This document shows, in pieces, positions 1 through 13,640 of a stretch of 57,166 bases of DNA. Position numbers and translations under genes: made by a program. Position 1 is the first letter of the stretch. Every line of letters begins with the position of its first letter. This DNA is from Octopus bimaculoides (taxonomy: Eukaryota), in NCBI RefSeq assembly GCF_001194135.2, contig NC_068986.1, positions 13,586,520 through 13,643,685 on the forward strand. Reading direction: 5' to 3'. A model generated the notes under the pieces. The model did not search any database, had not been told where the DNA came from, and worked only from the letters and a program-made list of their open reading frames with translations.

Positions 1-36
<36 letters not shown>

Positions 37-54
37 TGTATATATGTGTGTGTG

Positions 55-87
<33 letters not shown>

Positions 88-409
88 ATGAATGTATGTC
101 TGTATATATATATGTGTGTGTGTATGTCTGTATATATGCATGTGTATGTATATATGCATGTGTATGTATGTATGTCTGTATGTATATATGTGTGTGTATG
201 TATGTATGTCTGTATACATATATGTGTGTGTGTGTGTGTTTGTATGTCTGTATGTCTGTATATATATGTGTGTGCATGTGTGTATATATATATATATATA
301 TATTTAGGTGCGGGAGTAAATGTGTGGTNNNNNNNNNNNNNNNNNNNNNNNNNNNNNNNNNNNNNNNNNNNNNNNNNNNNNNNNNNNNNNNNNNNNNNNN
401 NNNNNNNNN

Positions 410-457
<48 letters not shown>

Positions 458-1449
458 ACACACACACACACATACATACATACATCCATACATATATATG
501 AAACTGGCACTCCGTCGCTTATGATGATGAGGGTTCCTGTTGATCTGATCAACAGAACAGCTTGCTCATGAGATTAATATGTAAGTGGCTGAGCACTCCA
601 CAGACATGTGTACCCCTTCACATACTTCTCAGGGAGATTCAGTGTGACACAAAATGTGACAAGGCTGACCCTTTGAAATACAGGTACCACTCATTTTTGC
701 CAGATGAGTGGACTGGAGCAATGTGCTATAAAGTGTCTTGCTCAAGAACACAACACATCACCGGGAATCGAACTCGTGACCCAAATACCCAAACTCCTAA
801 GCCATGCGCCTTCACAAATATTTACATACATACATACATATATACATACATACATACATACATACATACATACATACATACATACATACATACATAGATA
901 TATATATGTATGTATTCTTTTATTTTTTTACTTGTTTTACTCATTTGACTGTGGCCATGCTGGATCACCGCCTTTAACCAAGCAAATCGACCCAGGACTT
1001 ATTCTTTGTAAGCTCAGTACTTATTCTATTGGTCTCTTTTGCCGAACCGCTAAGTTACGAGGATGTAAAGGCACCAACATCGGTTGCGAAGCGATGTTAG
1101 TAGGACAAACATATACACACATATATACACACATACATACATACATACATATATNNNNNNNNNNNNNNNNNNNNNNNNNNNNNNNNNNNNNNNNNNNNNN
1201 NNNNNNNNNNNNNNNNNNNNNNGATGATGATATTAAAGCTTCACTTCAGCATAGAATAAGTACAAGGCTTAAAAAATAAGTATGGTGGGTGATTTGCTCC
1301 ACTAAACCCCACAAGTTAGTGCCCCAACAAGGCCACAGTCCAGTGTTTGAAACAGGTTAAAGATAAGATAATTGATTAATTAATTTATTTGTTAATTTTT
1401 TTCTTTCAATCTCTTTCATTCATTATTGACTTCAATATTGATTTTTCAG

Positions 1450-1573
1450 GTCACCCGAACATTGACCAATGAAACCGCCCGACATAAGCTTCTACTCCGC
1501 AGGAAGAGTTCCCTGGCTCGACGCCAGAGGCCTTCACGTGCAAAAAAACGACCAGACAGTGAGAGTGATTCTG
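1450..1573 (+). CDS. Exon A (first visible coding exon) of a multi-exon gene for a CRACD/KIAA1211 (DUF4592)-like disordered protein
   Basis: Acceptor atttttcag|G at 1449/1450 and donor G|gtcagt at 1573/1574; phase 0 to 1. Encodes VTRTLTNETARHKLLLRRKSSLARRQRPSRAKKRPDSESDS. LxNxxARHKL resembles the recalled CRACD-family motif LDNSAAKHKL. Family call is by eye only. Confidence 0.75.
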
Positions 1574-1698
1574 GTCAGTTACATTTTCACTTCTCTCTCT
1601 CTCTCTCTCTTTCTCTCTTTTTGTTTTTTAATTTCAAAATGAATGTATTTGCTTCCACAACATAAAAGTAAGCAAGATATAATACTGATTTACTTTAA

Positions 1699-1922
1699 AC
1701 CTTTTGATAACGACCCGGTTTGAACCACCTCTGGTTCTGTAATACAAATGTCTTGTTTTCAAAAGTTCTGAATTAAAATCTTCCACCAAACCATAGTCAC
1801 AATTTATGTTCCTAACACTAGCTGAATGATAACTAAGTTATTTTATTAAATTCTTTGTTATATTTAAAATTAATTGAAAGAAACACAGAGTATCTCAACA
1901 GAAATATATGGTAACAGAATGG
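1699..1922. mobile_element. Second, more decayed copy of the same piggyBac-type MITE
   Basis: Aligns along its length with 2082-2303 and is TTAA-flanked. Confidence 0.7.
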
Positions 1923-2081
1923 TTAAAGAGTGCACTGGGTGCTCTGTATGTGGCATTAGCACTGGTGCTTTGTATGTGGCACCAAGTAAATTGCAAGACA
2001 AAAAGCTCTCAGCTGGGAGATGGAGAAGTACTGAAGGTGGTGTCTTTGTGCAGGTTGGGAGATTAACGCTTTAGCATTTAA

Positions 2082-2303
2082 CCCTTTTGATATCAACCTG
2101 TCTGAAACCACCTCTGGCTCTGTAGTACAAATGTCTTGTTTTCAAAAGTTTTGAATTAAAATCTTCCACCAAATCTTAGTCACAATTTATGTTCCTAACT
2201 CTAGCTGAATGAAAACTAAGTTATTTTACTAAATTCTTTGTTATATTTAGCATTAATTGAAAATAATACAGAGCATCTCAACAGAAATATGGTAACGAAA
2301 GGG
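2082..2303. mobile_element. piggyBac-type MITE
   Basis: TTAA|CCCTT...AAGGG|TTAA termini. Confidence 0.75.
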
Positions 2304-3116
2304 TTAAGGATGAAAGCCCAAAGTATGGTGAACTAATTATCTAAGCTGCGATACTTTAATAAATGTATTAATGAATAAAGTGAAGGCAAATGGCCTTGGG
2401 GTTATGGTGTTGTACTCACAATTGTTACATTGTGAGTTCAATTCCCAGGCTGGGTGGCACGTTGTGTTTTTCAGCAAAACACTTCATTTTATGTTGCTCA
2501 AGTCCACACAGATATAAATTGGATTACTCTGCAATGATATCGCTTTCCGACCTGGGGAAATGTTAGCCTGCTTGCCTTATCCGGTGGGGTGGTATCATTC
2601 AAAAAGCTTAAACAATGCAAAGCACATTGTGACTAATGATGTATAGCAACCAATAATCTGGTTGATCACAGGATTAGGAAATGAAATAATAAATAAGAAG
2701 CAATGTCAAAAAAGACTTGTCTGTTCACCTCATGGCCTCAATGGACAAAATGGAAAGGTGATAACAAATGAAGGAGAATGTATAAATGAAAAATACATAA
2801 CTTGAGATTGAAACTGGTAAGTGACATTTTATTCTCTGCTATAAAATACAACGATTGCCAAACATGAAATAAAATAACATAACAGGCTACAACACAGATG
2901 TGTGAGAGAACTTCACAGTTAGGCTGGACTGTTGATCTTGTAGACATAGTTGACGTTCTGTTGGTGGTGTGGAGGTGCCATGGCCCAGTGAATAGGGCAT
3001 CGGACTCGCAGTTGTAGGATCGTGGTTTTGATTCCCAGACTGGGCGTTGTGTTTATTGAGCCAGTCTCTGCAAGGGATATATATAACTATATATATGTAT
3101 ATATGTGTATATATGT

Positions 3117-3151
<35 letters not shown>

Positions 3152-5403
3152 TCATCATCATCATTTATTTAGTGTCCGTTGACCATGCTGGCATGGCTTG
3201 GACAGTTTGACATGGGCTGGCAAGTTGGAAGGCTTCACCAGACTCCAGTCTGATTTGGCACAGGTTTCAACAGCTGGATGCCCTTCCTAATGCCAACAAC
3301 TCTGAGACTGCAATGGGTGCTTTTACGTGCCACCAGAATGGGTGCAATTTGTGTGACACCAGTATCTGCCATGACTGCGATTTTGCTCGGCTTGATGGGT
3401 CTTCTTCTCAAGCATTACATAATACCAAAGGTCTCAGTCATTGCCTCTGTGAGGCCCAACACTCGAAAGGAGCTTTTCACGTGCCACTGGCATCAGCCAC
3501 TTTTCTTCTGTAAGTCCCACCATGCAAAAGGTGCTTTTTATGTGCCACTGGCACAGGTGCCAATTATGTGACACCAGCATCAGCCACGACTATGATTTCA
3601 CATGGCTTGACATGTCTTCTCAAGCCATAATTCAATGTCCAGTTTTCCATGCTTGCATGAGTCAAGTGTACTTCATGGAGACAGATTTTCTACAGTTGGA
3701 TGCCTTTCCTGTCACCAACAGTCATCTGTTTCCCATTAGATAATATTTCCCCATTCACAAGGCTCTAGGTGCCATGAAGTGGGATTAAACCAGAAACCAT
3801 GTGGTCGGAAAGCAAACTTCAAATATATAGTTATATACATCACATGATCAACCAGGCTCTCAGATGAAGTTAAACATCACTGGTCACAATGCGGTTTGCT
3901 TTGCTTTACTTTTTGAATGACGCCACCCCACTGGCTGGGCAAGCAGGTTAACATCTGTGCCTATAACATGTACATACAGAGAAAAAGGAGAATCATTTGT
4001 CTGATAGAAATAGTTGGTGTGAAAAACAGAAGAGGAAAATACATGAAAGTTGTGGTTTATTGTGTAGGAAATTTAATTTGTCATTGTGAAACTTTCCCGT
4101 TAGTTATTTCGATCTCTTCCTCAAGGAAAGAAGAAAAAGAAAAATGTTGTTATGTAAAGTCATTTTACTAATATTTTGTAATCCAGTCCTTGATCTGGTT
4201 TAGATCAGACAGGTTGAGATGGTTGCTGGACATGTTATATTGATTTCTGTCTCGCTTATGCGTAAGACTACTACTATTACTACTACTTCTGCTGCTACTA
4301 CTACTACTACTACTACTACCACTACCACTACTACAATCACCACCACCACTACTACTACTACTACTACCCCTTCCTCCTCTTTCTCCTCCTCCTCCTACTA
4401 CAATGAATACTACTACAACCACCACCACCACCATTCCTCCTCCTCCTCCTCCTCCTCCTCCTCCNNNNNNNNNNNNNNNNNNNNNNNNNNNNNNNNNNNN
4501 NNNNNNNNNNNNNNNNNNNNNNNNNNNNNNNNNNNNNNNNNNNNNNNNNNNNNNNNNNNNNNNNNNNNNNNNNNNNNNNNNNNNNNNNNNNNNNNNNNNN
4601 NNNNNNNNNNNNNNNNNNNNNNNNNNNNNNNNNNNNNNNNNNNNNNNNNNNNNNNNNNNNNNNNNNNNNNNNNNNNNNNNNNNNNNNNNNAAGTCGACTT
4701 TGGTGGAATTTGAACTCAGAACGAAGCAGTAAACAAAATACCGCTAAGCATTTTGCCCAGCATGCTAACGATTCTGCCAGCTCACTGCCTTAGTCCTCCT
4801 CCTCCTCCTACTACTACTACTAATAATAATAATAACAATGATAATTGTTTCAAATTTTGCCACAAGGGCAGTTATTTTTGGGGAGGAGATGAGTCGATTA
4901 CATCGACCCGCCAGTGTTCAACTGGTATATTTTATCGATCCCCAAAATAATAATAATAATAATAATCCTTTTTACTACAGGTACAATAATAATAATATTC
5001 ATAGCAGTAACAATAATAAAAATAAAATTTCTAGCACAGGTATAAGTCCACAAATTATGTGGGGGTATTTAATTGATAAGTGCCCCCCCCCCTCCACCAA
5101 TGAAAAGCTTAGTATACATTTTAATAATCATCATTGGAGATTAAAATCAAAATTAATTACAACAGAATTGGACTCAGAAAAAGTCGCAAAGAGATGTAAA
5201 TCTTTGAAGGTATTTTGTGTTAATTGATTAATTAATTAATTAATTAACAATAGATAGGGTTTGTAAATAAGAAACAAAAAATATAAATAAAATAAAGAGT
5301 AAGATAATTAAGAAAAATACCAAAAAAAAAAATGTTACTGTCGTATGTGGTTGTCCAGATTTACAAAGGAAAGAATTATATTAATCCCTTTATGCAAGCT
5401 TAT

Positions 5404-6790
5404 TCAATAGAAAGAGAAGATAAATAGCACGTGATGATGATGATGATGATGATGAGGAGGAGGAGGAGGACGAAGAGGGTGGTGGTGGCTGTAGTAGTGA
5501 TCGCATCCACCACGGCCACCTTCATCTTCATCATCATTAGCATGATCATCATCACCATCATCATCATCATCACTATCGTCATTATTTACCATCACCATCA
5601 TTGTCATCATAATCATCTTTCCTCCTCCTTTTCTTCCTCATGATCTTTCTTATCGCCATCATCATCATCATCATCATCATCACCATCAGCATTGTCATCA
5701 CTCTGTTCATCATTCTCATCCTCATCACAATCACCACCATCATTCACGTAACCTTTGCCATCCTTGTCATCACTCCATCATCATCATCATCATCATCATC
5801 ATTGTTGACATCGTCATCACCATCACAATCATTATCATCACCATCACAATCATTATTGTCATCATCATCATCATCATTGTTGACATCGTCATCACCATCA
5901 CAATCATTATCATCACCATCACAATCATTATTGTCATCATCATCATCATGTTCTCTGAAAGCAACAACATTGCGGACAGACACGGAGCGGTGTATAGGTA
6001 TGTGTATGAGTGTGGGTGGGGCAAGGTTATTAAAATTAAAATGGTGCTGAATGCTCATGCCTTCCTACTTAATTACTAATCTGCAGCAGCACCACCACCA
6101 CCACCACCACCACCACATCTTCCATCACTGTCACCATCAGCAACAGCAGCAGTACATCAATGATATTAATCAAGAGGCTAAAAGATTTAGTTTTTCAATC
6201 ATCATCATCATCATCATAATTGTCATCATCACAATCACCATCGTCATCATCATCGTTATCACAATCATCATCGTCATCATCATTATCATCACAATCGTCA
6301 TCATCATCATTGTCATCACAATTGTCATCAGCATCGTCATCACTATCGTCGTCATCATTGTCATCACTATCGTCGTCATCATCGTCATCACTATCGTCGT
6401 CATCATCGTCATCACTATCGTCGTCATCATCGTCATCACTATCGTCATCATCGTTGTCATCACAANNNNNNNNNNGTCATCATCGTCATCACTATCGTCA
6501 TCATCGTTGTCATCACAATCGTCATCATCGTCATCACAATCATCATCGTCATCATCAATATCATCACAATCGTCATCATCATCATCGTCATCACAATCAT
6601 CATCACCATCACCATCGTCATCATCGTCATCACTATCGTCGTCATCATCGTCATCACTATCGTCATCACAATCGTCATCATCGTCATCACAATCATCATC
6701 GTCATCATCAATATCATCACAATCGTCATCATCATTGTCATCACAATCATCATCATCATTGTCAACACCACCATCACCATTGTCATCATG
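5404..6790. repeat. Complex (CAT/CGT/CAC)n trinucleotide region with higher-order duplications
   Basis: Continuous degenerate ATC-family triplets; the long ORFs here are poly-S/H/I/D/M artefacts. Confidence 0.9.
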
Positions 6791-8405
6791 ATTTAATGTC
6801 CATGTTCCATGCTGACATAGGTGGGAGAGTTTAACAGGATCCAGTGGATCCAAGGGACTGTATCATACTCCAGTTTTCTGCTTTAGCATGGTTTCTACAG
6901 CAGGATGCGCTCCCTAACACCGACTACTTTACACTATATACTCGATGTCTTTTTTCATGGCACCAATACTGGTAAGGTAAAGGTTACCTTCTTGATCCAT
7001 GCAGATTCATAAGGGCCAGTTCCCCAGATTCTATGGCATATAAATTCCCTCCTTGGATGGGACACAGGTCCTGTTGCAGGGTTACTTATTTTTGCCCATC
7101 CACTTGACGGGAGCAACATGAAATAAAGTGTTTTGCTCAAGAACAACCTTCCTGCCCAGTCCCGGAATCGAAACCACAATTTTACAATCATGAGTCCAAC
7201 ACCCTAACCACTAAGCCATGGGCCTCCACTATCAACACTAGTAGGGTCACCATGCTGCTTAGAAGACTGCGGACCCTGAAGAAGGTAGCTTTATGTTGAG
7301 AGATGAGTAGTTAGTGTCTGAAAGAAGGGGTCAGAGTAGGATGTGTTTCTTGTTGTAGTTGTGCCACTTCGCTATTCACAGGGCATTTGTGAATGGTGAT
7401 GGGGCATTTGTGTGGACCCTCATTGTATGAGGTGAGTGGGGATAGAACCAGGAGTACCACTGTTCTACAACCAGTGTTGGTGTGTTTACATCCCCATAAC
7501 TTAGTGGTTCAGCAGAAAAGACCAATAGAATAAGTATCTGGTTAAAAAAAAACATATTGGGGCTGATTCATTTGACTAAAGATTCTGTGAGGCGGTGCCC
7601 CAGCATGGCCGCAGTCTAATGACTGAAACAAAAGATAAAAGGGGCAAGATAGGCAGGATGGGAGGAGAAACAGGCAGGTGTAGTGCATGGGGAGAGTAGG
7701 AGGCTTGGTAATGGAGAAGGTGAGGTGATTTACTGGCTCAAGCAAATGTAATATGATGACTAAGTGTACATCCAATATATAGACTATTACGTTGCGGATG
7801 AGATCCAATCAGATTGGAACCCAGCATCCTTTAGCTGAACAAACCACATGTTCTTGCACGAGGTTTTATCAGCAAAATTTTTATTTTCATAAACATAATT
7901 AAACCGCAGTGATCATGACGACATATTTTTAAGATAATTTCTGCTGTTTTTTTATGTTTTTATCTTTCTTTTTTATACCTTAAAATAGACTAATAAAAGC
8001 TTCTTTTTGAAACTAGTTAATCTATAAATCAAACAGAGATTAAGATTATCTGCAAAAGGATTATATTCTTTCATTGGTTTAAAACTATTTCGTAACATGG
8101 TTTTTTTTTTTAATCCCCCCATAAACAAACAGCAGTTGGTTACTGTGATAGTAGTATGTGTCCTTCGCTTGTCTGTTATGAATAATATTGAATGTATTGT
8201 TGTATAATGTGACTCTCTCTCTCTCCCACTTTAAATATTTGTGTGTGTATACACACATACATACATACACACACAAGCACACACAATTTTAATTTTCTAC
8301 ATCGCAGATGTGAGGAAACACTTAGAAATTGAGATTTTAGTCTTAAAAATCTTCAGCTTTGTGGATACGAGACCTTTGGTAACTCTGTCCAAAATTAAAT
8401 TTATT

Positions 8406-8731
8406 CAGTTCTATATTTAAGAGATGAGGAATTATAACACAACGTTTCGGCTGATATATCCTCCAGCCTTCATCAGGTGTCTTGGAGAAATTTGAACCTG
8501 GGTTCTCATTCCCAAAGTATTTTTCGATGTTATTATAATTATTATTATTCAGATCATTGCTTGGAATCGAACTCAGAATCTTGGGGTTAGTAGCCTGCAC
8601 TCTTAACCACTATGCCATATGCCCATGGGTATGAGAACCCAGGTTGGAAATTTCCCCAAGACACCTGATGAAGGCTGGAGGGTATATCAGCCGAAACATT
8701 ATGTTAACAACAAATAATGTAAATAATGTAC
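8406..8731. mobile_element. Penelope-like terminal repeat (minus) joined to an inverted partial copy (plus)
   Basis: Minus copy 8406-8624 carries the tRNA-like head and an intact hammerhead. Plus copy starts at atgagaaccc (8631) and has a decayed core (GAAACAUUAUGUU). Confidence 0.7.
8436..8483 (-). ncRNA. Minimal hammerhead motif, intact minus-strand copy
   Basis: Reverse complement AAGACACCUGAUGAAGGCUGGAGGAUAUAUCAGCCGAAACGUUGUGUU; the only change is in the stem II loop. Confidence 0.72.
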
Positions 8732-9428
8732 TAAAATGTAAATAATGTACTAAAATTATTGTTGTAATAATTACTGCTCTTTTCTTTAGAGTATGCTTTT
8801 TTTTCTGATATATGTTTTATTAATTAACTATATCTATGTATATATCATCATCATCATTGTTTAACGCCTGTTTTCCATGCTGGCATGGGTTGGATGGTTT
8901 GATTGAGGTCTGGAGATTGCACGATTGCACCAGGCTCCAGTCTGATCTGGCAAGGTTTCTACAGCTGGATGCCCCTCCTGATGCCAACCATTCCGAAAAA
9001 TGTAGTGGGTGCTTTTTATGTGTCACTGGCACAGGGGCCAGTCAAGTGGGCCTGGCAATGATCACGTTTGGATAGTGCTTTCTGTGTACCACCAGCATGG
9101 GACCAGTCAGGCGGCTCTGGCATCAATCACGTATATATATATANNNNNNNNNNNNNNNNNNNNNNNNNNNNNNNNNNNNNNNNNNNNNNNNNNNNNNNNN
9201 NNNNNNNNNNNNNNNNNNNNNNNNNNNNNNNNNNNNNNNNNNNNNNNNNNNNNNNNNNNNNNNNNNNNNNNNNNNNNNNNNNNNNNNNNNNNNNNNNNNN
9301 NNNNNNNNNNNNNNNNNNNNNNNNNNNNNNNNNNNNNNNNNNNNNNNNNNNNNNNNNNNNNNNNNNNNNNNNNNNNNNNNNNNNNNNNNNNNNNNNNNNN
9401 NNNNNNNNNNNNNNNNNNNNNNNNNNNN

Positions 9429-9464
<36 letters not shown>

Positions 9465-10257
9465 GGAACAAAAACGCAATAGAGGACATTAAAACATTCA
9501 GACAGATAGACAATACAAAGGCAGAGAAGAGAAACCACAATTAGAAGGACAGGCTAAAAAAGACGGGTCATTTGTGGCTTTCAGTCAAGTTCCAGAAGTC
9601 ACGACCATTTCGGGCAGTTACACTTGAGATGGTTCGACATGGTTGCCCCCCAAAAAGTCTGAGGTAAAAGCATTAGACCCCTTTGTAAGAAAGCTAGCGA
9701 ATGTGTACAGCAACAAAGATAAAAAATGGAGAACATGGTACACAATTACAAATACAAACAAGAAATAACAACAGGTGTCTTTCGACAGATAATGAATCAA
9801 ATTGAGCTGGCGTGTGTGAAATGAAAGCCTAAAGGCAGGAACAGGAAATGGTCACATTTATATATTGTTTGCTCAAAGTACATCTGCATATATTTTAGTA
9901 TTCCAAATCTGTATGTAGACATTATATTTGTGTGAAGTATGGAAAATACTGGAAAATATTTCCTAGAAAGTAACAATACCAAAAGTGGAGATTGGAAAAT
10001 ATTTAGTATTGTTCATTCACAATATGGTGAAGAAATAAGAGCAAAAAATTCTTTTATTCTTTTACTTGTTTCAGTCATATGACTTTAGCCATGCTGGAGC
10101 ACCTCCTTAAAGGGTCTTAATCGAACAATTTGATCCCTGGGGCATTATTCTTTGTAAGCCTAGGACTTATTCTATCAGTCTTTTTTGCTGAACCACTATG
10201 TTACGGGGACATAAACACGCCAACATCGGTTGTCAAGTGATGGCTGAGGAACAAACC

Positions 10258-10319
<62 letters not shown>

Positions 10320-10704
10320 ATGAAGGGTGCTACAGGAAGTACCAGCATGCTAAAATAGCAGTCAGAACTACTCAAAAGCACATGTTTTCGCATTTACATA
10401 AAGATAAAGTCCAGGGAACAGGCAAAATCACTAAGACCCCCTACCGATGACTAAAAAAAAAATCGAAAATTCAAAAATCAGACACACTTGTATCACAGTG
10501 ATCTCAAACTTTGAGAAAATATCAGTTAATATACCCTCAACATGTCTGAAGAGATACTAAGATACTAACATGACAATGTGTGTGTGTGTTGTGTGTGGTA
10601 AAAAGATACGAAGTGATATTTTCACGGTTCGAAATTATTGTGATACAGGTATGTCTGACTTTTCAGTTTACAATTTTTTCTTTTTTTTTGTCATTGGTAT
10701 GGTG

Positions 10705-10751
<47 letters not shown>

Positions 10752-11840
10752 AAACAGACACGCACACATACACACACAAACACACTCACACACAACGGGC
10801 TTCTTTCAGTTTCCATCTACCAAATCCACTCACAAGGCTTTGGTTGGTCCGAGGCTATAGTAGAAGTCACTTGCTCGAGTAGAAGACACTTGGCCAAGGT
10901 GCCATGCAGTGGGACTGAACCCAGAGCTGTGTGGTTGGTAAGCGAGCTACTTACCGCACAGCCATTCCTATGTTTATTTTTCATGCATGCTAAGCCACTG
11001 ATATCATTGTAAACAATAATATCCTCATATATATTTACACACACACACATATATATATGACAGGCTTCTTTCAGTTTCCGTCTATCAAATCCACTCACAA
11101 GGCTTTGGTTGGCTAGAGGCTATAGTAGAAGTCACTTGCCCAAGATGCCATGCAGTGGGACTGAACCTGGAGCCACGTGGTTGGGAAGGAAGCTTCCCAC
11201 CATACAGCCACGCCTGTATGTCAATATTTAAAAGTATTGTTTACAAAAGGTAGAATTTCTTTTTTATAGCTGCATAGCCTGTAGGTCTGTATTTGTGTAC
11301 CTGTATTTCATTGCTAGGTAACCTGACGGTGTGTGTGTGTGTATGAGAGAGAGAGAGCAAGAGAGAGAGAGAGAGAGAGAGAGGGATAAAGCAATAACTT
11401 GCAAGTACGGTACTTCACGACCATTTTAGTTTAATGACATTTTTGTCTAAATCTCCTTGTTATAAATCCAGTACAAGTTAGTGATTGGTAGCAGTGGTAG
11501 AGATGGTTATTAAGGATGGTGGCAGTAGTACTGGTGGTGTTAGAAATGGTGACAGAGCAGGTGGTAGTAATAGTGACAATAGTAGTAGTATTAGTAGTAG
11601 AAGTATAGGCAGTGTTTCTTAAAGTGCTGTGGACCAAAGCATTCTATGCTAAAGTGTTTTGAGTGCTTATTATAGCAGAGGGGGAGGTTTATTGCCTAGT
11701 GGTCAGGTGAGGGCATTATGCTCATGATCATGAGACCATGGTTTCAATTCTTGGACTGGGTGGTTTCGAAAATATAGTAAGATGATATTTTCACGGTTCA
11801 AGATTATTGGAAACGGTTTAAGGAGCTGTTACCCCTACAG

Positions 11841-12733
11841 GTGCTTTATATGTGGTACCAGCATGGGTGCTTTATATGTGGCACCAGCACGGGTGCTTTT
11901 TATGTGGCACCAGCATAGGTGCTTTATATGTGGCACCAGCATGGGTGCTTTATATGTGCCACCAGCATAGGTGTTTTATATGTGACACCAGCATAGGTGC
12001 TTTATATGTGCCACCAGCATGGGTGCTTTATATGTGCCACCAGCATAGGTGCTTTATATGTGCCACTAGCATGGGTGCTTTATATATGCGTCACCAGCAT
12101 AGGTGCTATATATTTGGCACCAGCATGGGTGCTTTATATGTGGCACCAGCATGGGTGCTTTATATGTGCCACCAGCATGGGTGCTTTATATATGCCACCA
12201 GCACAGGTGCTATATATTTGGCACCAGCATGGGTGCTTTATATGTGCCACCAGCATGGGTGCTTTATATGTGCCACCAGCATGGGTGCNNNNNNNNNNGC
12301 CACCAGCATGGGTGCTTTATATGTGCCACCAGCATGGGTGCTTTATATGTGCCACCAGCATGGGTGCTTTATATGTGCCACCAGCATGGGTGCTTTATAT
12401 GTGCCACTAGCATGGGTGCTTTATATGTGCCACCAGCATGGGTGCTTTATATGCGCCACCAGCATGGGTGCTTTATATTTGGCACCAGCATAGGTGCTTT
12501 ATATGTGGCACCAGCATGGGTGCTTTACATGTGCCACCAGCATGGGTGTTTTATATGTGCCACCAGCATAGGTGCTTTATATGTGCCACCAGCATAGGTG
12601 CTTTATATGTGCCACCAGCATGGGTGCTTTATATATGCCACCAGGATGGGTGCTTTATATGTGCCACCAGCATAGGTGCTTTATATGTGCCACCAGGATG
12701 GGTGCTTTATATGTGGCACCAGCACGGGTGCTT
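11841..12733. repeat. 26-bp minisatellite, about 34 units
   Basis: Tandem GTGCTTTATATGTGCCACCAGCATGG with no spacers; one 10-N gap. Confidence 0.95.
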
Positions 12734-12980
12734 GAGTACCACTACATACAAGTTGTGTCATTCATTTCTAATCTTCCATGGAAACATGTCTGGCCTTTGA
12801 GCAATATTACCTTGCTTGGGGAAAGATGAGGGTTGGTGACAGGAAGGGCATCCAGCTTTGAAGAATCTGTTTCAGTAGACTCTGTCTGACTTATGGAAGC
12901 ATGGAAAAGTGGATGTTAAAACAATGATGAGGGCAATGATGATGAAGTTAATAGTTTTTTTGTTTTTCAATCTCTTTCAG

Positions 12981-13087
12981 ACAACAGCCGACCTAATTCA
13001 GGAGATGGCAGTCAGGATCAGCCGCTATCATTCAACCCTCAAATGAAAAACGTCCATGAAAATGACACAGAAAGTTCTATTGAAAAG
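12981..13087 (+). CDS. Exon B of the same gene
   Basis: tctctttcag|AC acceptor and AAG|gtaggc donor; phase 1 to 0, in frame with exon A: (D)NSRPNSGDGSQDQPLSFNPQMKNVHENDTESSIEK. Confidence 0.8.
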
Positions 13088-13464
13088 GTAGGCATTCTCT
13101 TTACATTTTCTTTTTTTGTCTTGCCAGTGACATACACAGAATCTAGACTATTTTTGCCCTGTAGACATTTTTTTTTCTACAATATAGTAATCCCTTGTCT
13201 ATCGCAGGTCTGTTACCTTTCCAAAATCCCTTACGATAGGTGAAAATCCATGGAGAGCAGTATTATTTTATTATTTTTATAATTTGTGTATATTTGTTTT
13301 ATTATAAATGCAAAACAACACCACGGAGGAATCGATGTAAGTGTAAATAATAAACCAAGACCGGTGAACCACGATATGGCATGGGGTTACTGTATAAGGG
13401 CAGAAATGGGTGTGTGGTGAACAAGTTTGCTTCCCAACCACATGGTTTCAGGTTCAGTCCACAT

Positions 13465-13640
13465 AAGTGGATGGACAAGGTGGAAAACAGGGTGTTAGTC
13501 AGAGGATGGCAGTTAAAGGGTCATTGATCATACTCTGAGAAGGGTGTATGGAACCCTGGAGTTAATGGAATGAGCAGAAGAAGAGCCATCAAGAACAACA
13601 TAAAGATTGCTGAGAAAGCCCCTAGAATAGTGCTTTTCAG
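13465..13640 (+). mobile_element. Very decayed RLE-type (HERO/NeSL-like) LINE remnant
   Basis: Frameshifted peptides TLRRVYGTL / RRRAIKNNIKIAEKAPR resemble the end of such ORFs; weak. Confidence 0.3.

Noticed and set aside
46-501. Long CV/HT/YI ORFs here and at 17157-17685, 28790-30167, 30954-31904, 40549-41490 and 55902-56353
   Set aside because: Translations of dinucleotide microsatellites and N gaps.
9560-9660. Minus-strand ccgaaatggtcgtgac resembling a hammerhead 3' half
   Set aside because: No upstream CUGANGA and no stem II found.
11841-12733. CRISPR-like array, or a repetitive protein (ATSMGALYVPPAWVLYMCHQHGCFIC)n
   Set aside because: Units are contiguous with no unique spacers, there are no cas genes, and the context is eukaryotic. 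ORFs open in all three frames only because the 26-bp unit lacks stops.
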